DNA of 32,000 bases, taken from NCBI GenBank assembly GCA_002368415.1, contig AP018290.1, positions 10,893,121 through 10,925,120 of the forward strand, written 5' to 3'. The notes below the pieces were generated by a model. That model was not told the DNA's origin. It saw nothing but the letters and a program-made list of their open reading frames with translations, and searched no databases. Position 1 is the stretch's first letter. Each line of letters opens with the position of its first letter. The translations under genes were made by a program, and so were the position numbers. Of this stretch, positions 26,620-32,000 are shown in pieces. This DNA is from Calothrix sp. NIES-4105. GTDB taxonomy: Bacteria; Cyanobacteriota; Cyanobacteriia; Cyanobacteriales; Nostocaceae.

Positions 26620-29028
26620 ATGAGAATTATCGTAGTTGAAGATGATGATTTAATTGTTGCAGCGTTGGTCAAGGCTTTGAATGACCAGCATTATACTGTT
26701 GATTTTGCAACAGATGGTGAAGCCGCTTGGGAGCTTATGGACTGCTTTACCTATGACTTGATATTGCTCGATGTGATGCTACCTAAGCTTGACGGAATTA
26801 GCCTTTGTCGAAAATTACGCGCTATCGGCAACAAAACGCCAATTCTTTTATTAACAGCCCAAGACACTAGTACTAGTAAAGTAATGGGTTTGGATGCAGG
26901 CGCCGATGATTATCTTGCCAAACCTTTCGATTTTAAAGAATTATTAGCTCGTATACGCGCTCTACTGCGTCGAGGTGGTTCAAGCTTACCACCAATGCTT
27001 TCTTTTCATAACTTACAACTTGACCCTAGCACTTGCCAAGTTACCTGCGATGCTCAACTTTTACATTTAACACCTAAGGAATATAGTCTACTTGAGCTTT
27101 TTCTCCGCAATACGCAGCGAGTATTTAGTTGCGGAATGTTGATTGATCATCTATGGTCATTTGAAGAACCCCCCTCAGATGATACAGTACGGTCACACAT
27201 AAAGGGATTACGTCAAAAACTTAAAGCTGCGGGAGTAAAGAGTGATGTAATTGAGACAGTTTATGGTATCGGTTATCGCCTCAAAGGAACCGGGAAGGAA
27301 GCTACCAACACGCAAACGCGCAAACACAAAGAAGTCGAAAGGGAAAAAAAACTATTCATATGCGAAGCAAAACCACAAATCCATTCATCTGCGTTAACGC
27401 AATTTTCTGGAGGAAAGCAAAATCAAGTTGTAACTGGTGTCTCTCAAGTATGGGAGCAGGTTGCAGAAACTCTCAGCCAGCGTATTACTGTAATTGAGGA
27501 AGCCTTAAGTATTTTATTACAGAATAAACTGCTGAGTGAGGAAGCGCGAGCAAAAGTTAAGCAAGAAGCTCACAAGCTGGTTGGTTCGCTAGGGATGTTT
27601 GGTTCAGATAAAGGTTCTTATGTAGCTAGTGAGATAGAATCTTTGTTTGTAAATAAAGGGATGCTTGATAGTTCGCAAATCATCCGCTTTTCTAAATTAG
27701 TTGGTAGTTTGCGTGACTGTTTGCAAAGCATGAATGGCACAGAAATTCCTGACATGTCAGATGAAACATTCAATAATGGTCCTTTACTGTTGATTGTTGA
27801 TCAAGACACGGAATTTACAAGTAGTTTGATATCCTGTGCAAGTAGCTGGGGTACAAGAGTGCAAGTTACTCCTAACCCCATTGCAGCTAAGAAACTAATT
27901 GGAGATTTGTGTCCTGATGTTGTATTACTTGACCTTTCCTGTAGCGATACAGCAGAAAAAGCTCTTGGGTTATTAGTAGAATTAACTAGCCGTACACCTC
28001 CATTATCAGTTATTGTTACTACCGCACAAGATAGTTTGATTGACCGCGTTAAAATTGCGCGTCTTGGTGGACGTGGAGTTTTACAAAAACCTGTGTCAGA
28101 AACCCAAGTTTTAGAAGCAGTGACTCAAATACTGCAAAATAGTTGCTCACAAGAAGCGAAGGTAATGGTTATAGATGATGACCCGCAAATATTAACTGCC
28201 CTCGATACTTTACTTACACCTTGGGGTGTGAAAGTTTACAGCCTTGATAATCCTTCTCGCTTTTGGGAAATGATGACAGCAGTAAATCCCGATTTATTAA
28301 TTTTAGACGTAAAGATGCCTGAAGTTAATGGTATAGAATTATGCCAAGTTGTCCGCAGTGACGCGCGTTTCAGCGCACTACCAATTTTGTTTCTGACGGC
28401 ACAGAATGATACTAAGACAAGGCAGGAGGTGTTTGCAGCTGGCGCCGATGACTATATAAGCAAGCCAATTGTCAAAGTAGAATTAGTAACACGCATTCTC
28501 AACCGTTTAGAGAGAACTCGTCTATTAAAGAGTTTAGCAGAAACAGATGTTCTAACTGGTGTTGCTAATCGCTATAGATCTATCCAAGAATTGACTCGGT
28601 GTATACAGTGGAGCCAAAACTATCATCAACCGTTTTGTTTTGCAATTTTAGAAATAGATAAATTCAAGCAAATTAACCAGCAGTATGGTTATGCTACAGG
28701 AGATTCTATTTTATCTCGGTTGGGTAAAATTTTACGGTTAAATTTCCACTACGAGGATGTAGTTGGTCGTTGGTCTGGTACCGAATTTATTCTTGGAATG
28801 TGTGGTATGACTAAAGTGGAAGGTCAAAGGCGCCTATCTGAAGTCATTAAAAATCTACGCCAAGTACAGTTTACAGTTAATAGTGATAACCGTTTTAGTG
28901 TTAATTTTAATACAGGATTTGTTCAGTATCCTGAAGATGGTGCCGATATCGACACTTTATATAGAGTTGCAAGTGAAGCTCTCGAACGCTCAAAAGTAGC
29001 AGCACAAAATCGATTGTTAAATAATTAG
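26620..29028 (+). CDS. Multidomain response regulator: REC - OmpR/PhoB DNA-binding - HPt - REC - REC - degenerate GGDEF
   Basis: 802 aa. REC1 DLILLDVMLPKLDG; winged helix TVRSHIKGLRQKLK...IETVYGIGYRLK; HPt EAHKLVGSLGMFG; REC2 DVVLLDLS; REC3 DLLILDVKMPEVNG; GGDEF-like GRWSGTEFILGM. Confidence 0.9.
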   Translation: MRIIVVEDDDLIVAALVKALNDQHYTVDFATDGEAAWELMDCFTYDLILLDVMLPKLDGISLCRKLRAIGNKTPILLLTAQDTSTSKVMGLDAGADDYLAKPFDFKELLARIRALLRRGGSSLPPMLSFHNLQLDPSTCQVTCDAQLLHLTPKEYSLLELFLRNTQRVFSCGMLIDHLWSFEEPPSDDTVRSHIKGLRQKLKAAGVKSDVIETVYGIGYRLKGTGKEATNTQTRKHKEVEREKKLFICEAKPQIHSSALTQFSGGKQNQVVTGVSQVWEQVAETLSQRITVIEEALSILLQNKLLSEEARAKVKQEAHKLVGSLGMFGSDKGSYVASEIESLFVNKGMLDSSQIIRFSKLVGSLRDCLQSMNGTEIPDMSDETFNNGPLLLIVDQDTEFTSSLISCASSWGTRVQVTPNPIAAKKLIGDLCPDVVLLDLSCSDTAEKALGLLVELTSRTPPLSVIVTTAQDSLIDRVKIARLGGRGVLQKPVSETQVLEAVTQILQNSCSQEAKVMVIDDDPQILTALDTLLTPWGVKVYSLDNPSRFWEMMTAVNPDLLILDVKMPEVNGIELCQVVRSDARFSALPILFLTAQNDTKTRQEVFAAGADDYISKPIVKVELVTRILNRLERTRLLKSLAETDVLTGVANRYRSIQELTRCIQWSQNYHQPFCFAILEIDKFKQINQQYGYATGDSILSRLGKILRLNFHYEDVVGRWSGTEFILGMCGMTKVEGQRRLSEVIKNLRQVQFTVNSDNRFSVNFNTGFVQYPEDGADIDTLYRVASEALERSKVAAQNRLLNN

Positions 29029-29100
29029 TTAAATTATTTATAAATTGGCTAAATTGGCTGACAGCACCATATGTATTTGATGCCAACTAATGGAGGCTAT

Positions 29101-32000
29101 ATGCCGGAATTATTACATAACTTTTTTACTACAAACTACTTTATTCCTCACGGTCATTGTTATCTTTGGAAACCCGGATTGGTATCGCTGCATGTAACGT
29201 CTGATATGCTAATTGGTATAGCATATTATTCAATACCTATAACCTTATTTTATTTTGTTAAAAAGCGTAATGATTTACCTTTTAACTGGATTTTTCTACT
29301 ATTTGCAGCTTTTATTATTGCTTGTGGAACAACCCATTTTATAGAAATATGGACGCTTTGGCATCCAATTTACTGGTTATCAGGAACAATCAAAGCAATT
29401 ACAGCAGTAGTTTCAGCGTATACTGCAATTGTCATGGTATGTTTAATACCTCAAGCTTTAGCATTGCCTAGTCCAGCGCAATTAAAAGCAGCAAACCAAG
29501 AGTTACTACAGCAAATCATTGAACGTCAAAAAGTTGAGGAAGCTTTACGTCGCGCGCACGACGAATTAGAAATTAGAGTTCAGGAACGGACGACGGAGTT
29601 AGAGACAGCGAACCAAGCATTACAGACAGAAATTAACGAACGTAAACAAGCGGAATCAGCACTTTCTGAAAACGAGCAATTGCTGCGGACTGTGTTAGAA
29701 AACCTACCTGTAGGTATTTGGATTGCTGATAAAAATGGGCAAATCTTGCAAGCAAACCCCGCAGGACAGCAAATTTGGTCAGGCACCAAGTATGTTGGTA
29801 TAAACGAATGTGGCGAATACAAAGGTTGGTGGGAGTCTACAGGTAAACAGATTCAAATTGAGGAATGGGCATTATTTAAGGCAATTATGCGCGGAGAAAC
29901 TTCAATCAATGAAGTCATCAAGATTCAATGTTTTGATGGAAGTTACAAAACTATCCTCAATTCAGCCCTACCGATTTGGGATGCTAAACAAAATATACAT
30001 GGTGCAATTGTCGTTAATCAAGATATTACTAATATCAAACGCACAGAAGAGGAATTACGGCGCCAAAATTTACGCTCGCAACTCTTTGCAGAAGTGACGC
30101 TTAAAATTCGCACCTCTTTGCAAATTGAAGAAATTCTTCAAAACACAGTCACCGAGGTACAAAGAATTCTTCAAGCAGACCGGGTGTTAATTTTTAAACT
30201 TAATTCAGATGGTTCAGGAAGAGTTGTTCAAGAGTCAGTAGTTCCAGGTTGGCAAGTCACCCTTGGATTGGATATTTTTGATCCTTGCTTTGAACGAACA
30301 TATTTGCAAAAATACCGTCAAGGGCAAATTACTGCTATTACTAATGTTGAGGATGGTAGCATTCGACCTTGTTATGTTGAGTTTCTCCAACAATTTGGTG
30401 TTAAGGCAAATTTAGTTGTACCTATTTTTGTTAGGGAAAACCTTTGGGGCTTGCTAATTGCTCATCAATGTGAGGCGCCACGCCAGTGGACAGAGTTTGA
30501 GCTAACACTATTAAAACATTTAGCAGATCAAATAGGCATTGCTTTGTCCCAGGCTCAACTCTTAGAACAAGAGGTTGTACAGCGTCAAGAACTAATGTAT
30601 TCTCAACAAGAACTACGTGCCATGAGTGCTGCTCTCGAAAGCGCAGTAGAGGGTATTTCTCAATTAGATACTTCTAGCCGTTATATAAAAGTTAACCCAG
30701 CGTATGCCACAATGCTAGGTTATCAACCAGAGGAATTAATTGGCATGAAATGGCAGCAAACGCTTTACCCTGAAGACCAGGAAAAACTTATTGCTGCTTA
30801 CCATCAGATGCTGACTAACGGCAAAGCTGAAATCGAAGCTAGAGCTGTACGAAAAGATGGTTCGGTTTTTGATAAGCAAGTAGTAATGGTTAAAGCTCAT
30901 AACCCGCAACAGGAATTTATTGGGCATTATTGCTTTATGAAGGACATTAGCGACCGTCGAGAAGTAGAACGTCTCAAAGATGAATTTGTCTCGATAGTTA
31001 GCCATGAATTACGAACACCGTTAACTTCAATTTCAGGCGCCTTGGATTTGCTAGCAAGTGGTATCCTACAAACTCAACCTGAAGAGCGAGCGCGAATGTT
31101 AAATATTGCCGCCAATAATACAGACAGGTTGGTACGTTTAATTAATGACATTCTCGATATCGAACGTATCGAGTCTGGCAAAATTCAAATGACTAAACAA
31201 ATCTGCAATGCTGCCGACTTAATGACTCAATCAGTAGAAGTTGTAGAAGAAATGGCTCTTCAAGCAGAATTAATATTATCAGTTTCTCCAATAAGCGCGA
31301 ATATTTGGGCAGATAGCGACCGTATTATCCAAGTTTTCACTAATTTACTCAGCAACGCTATTAAATTTTCCTCAAGAGGCGCCACGGTTTGGTTAAGCGC
31401 AGAAATCCAGGAAGATAAAGTAAATCGCTCACCCTCTCCTTATATCCTTTTCAAGGTGCAAGACCAAGGACGAGGCATACCAGCTGATAAAATCGAATCA
31501 ATATTTGAGCGCTTTCAGCAAGTCGATGCTTCTGACTCACGCCAAAAAGGTGGAACAGGCTTAGGTTTAGCTATTTGTCGAAGTATTTTACAGCATCACG
31601 GCGGCTCAATTTGGGCTGAAAGCACATTAGGTGTAGGCAGTACTTTCTTCTTTACATTGCCAATGCTATCAGAACCCCACAACGATGTAGATTTTGAAGA
31701 ATTAGGCGCCCCATTAATATTACAGTGTGATGATGACCCCGATGTTAGGGCTGTAGTCCAAACCATGCTACAACGGCAGGGTTATCGCGTATTAACAGCA
31801 GCATCAGGATTAGAGGCAGTAGAAATGGCAGTTCAACAACATCCAGCCGTAATAATTCTTAACTTAATGATGCCCGGTATGGATGGATGGGAAACTTTAG
31901 CAGTTCTCAAACAGCGGACAGATACCCAAAACATACCAATTATAATTCTTAGTGGTTTGTTTCCCGATATAAACCAGGGTTTACCTACTGGTGTCAGCGA
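29101..32000 (+). CDS. Hybrid sensor histidine kinase with N-terminal ethylene-receptor-type membrane domain, PAS, GAF, PAS, HisKA, HATPase and REC; truncated by window end
   Basis: ATG at 29101 after a GGAGG; open to 32000. FIIACGTTHFIEIWTLW matches the ETR1 Cu-binding Cys/His pattern; EFVSIVSHELRTPLTSISGALDLL (H-box); VFTNLLSNAIKF (N-box); GTGLGLAICRSI (G-box); VIILNLMMPGMDGWE (REC). Confidence 0.88.
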   Translation, partial: MPELLHNFFTTNYFIPHGHCYLWKPGLVSLHVTSDMLIGIAYYSIPITLFYFVKKRNDLPFNWIFLLFAAFIIACGTTHFIEIWTLWHPIYWLSGTIKAITAVVSAYTAIVMVCLIPQALALPSPAQLKAANQELLQQIIERQKVEEALRRAHDELEIRVQERTTELETANQALQTEINERKQAESALSENEQLLRTVLENLPVGIWIADKNGQILQANPAGQQIWSGTKYVGINECGEYKGWWESTGKQIQIEEWALFKAIMRGETSINEVIKIQCFDGSYKTILNSALPIWDAKQNIHGAIVVNQDITNIKRTEEELRRQNLRSQLFAEVTLKIRTSLQIEEILQNTVTEVQRILQADRVLIFKLNSDGSGRVVQESVVPGWQVTLGLDIFDPCFERTYLQKYRQGQITAITNVEDGSIRPCYVEFLQQFGVKANLVVPIFVRENLWGLLIAHQCEAPRQWTEFELTLLKHLADQIGIALSQAQLLEQEVVQRQELMYSQQELRAMSAALESAVEGISQLDTSSRYIKVNPAYATMLGYQPEELIGMKWQQTLYPEDQEKLIAAYHQMLTNGKAEIEARAVRKDGSVFDKQVVMVKAHNPQQEFIGHYCFMKDISDRREVERLKDEFVSIVSHELRTPLTSISGALDLLASGILQTQPEERARMLNIAANNTDRLVRLINDILDIERIESGKIQMTKQICNAADLMTQSVEVVEEMALQAELILSVSPISANIWADSDRIIQVFTNLLSNAIKFSSRGATVWLSAEIQEDKVNRSPSPYILFKVQDQGRGIPADKIESIFERFQQVDASDSRQKGGTGLGLAICRSILQHHGGSIWAESTLGVGSTFFFTLPMLSEPHNDVDFEELGAPLILQCDDDPDVRAVVQTMLQRQGYRVLTAASGLEAVEMAVQQHPAVIILNLMMPGMDGWETLAVLKQRTDTQNIPIIILSGLFPDINQGLPTGVS

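Overview
The window is 32 kb of moderately AT-rich, filamentous-cyanobacterium-like DNA. Ordinary loci include: a possible phycobilisome linker tail; a GT2 / D-aminoacylase-type amidohydrolase / DUF962 gene run; a PhyH-like dioxygenase; an FHA protein; a Uma2 protein; a tocopherol-type methyltransferase; a GH74-like lipoprotein; a GNAT; a multi-REC response regulator; and an ethylene-receptor-type hybrid kinase that runs off the right edge. The most notable region is an inferred integrated island at about 14.69-22.19 kb. It carries four overlapping minus-strand genes: tyrosine recombinase 1, tyrosine recombinase 2 with Cys motifs, a coiled-coil DUF6262/TnpC-like protein, and a full-length DnaB-type helicase. 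This arrangement resembles Tn554 with a replicative helicase added. An IS200/IS605 element lies beside the operon. The segment is bounded by a ~268 bp direct duplication (about 89% identical) of the 3' end of the GH74-like gene. It falls in an 8.9 kb stretch with no GGCGCC, while I count about 35 GGCGCC sites in the remaining ~23 kb. Other notable observations are a P-loop ATPase gene enclosed by two nested inverted-repeat pairs next to a TPR-STAND gene, a MITE-like element inside a decayed GNAT whose remnant forms the end of the DUF962 ORF, a stop/start-overlapping DUF6888/DUF6887-like pair, and a zinc-ribbon-less TnpB. All calls are from reading the sequence; no searches were run.
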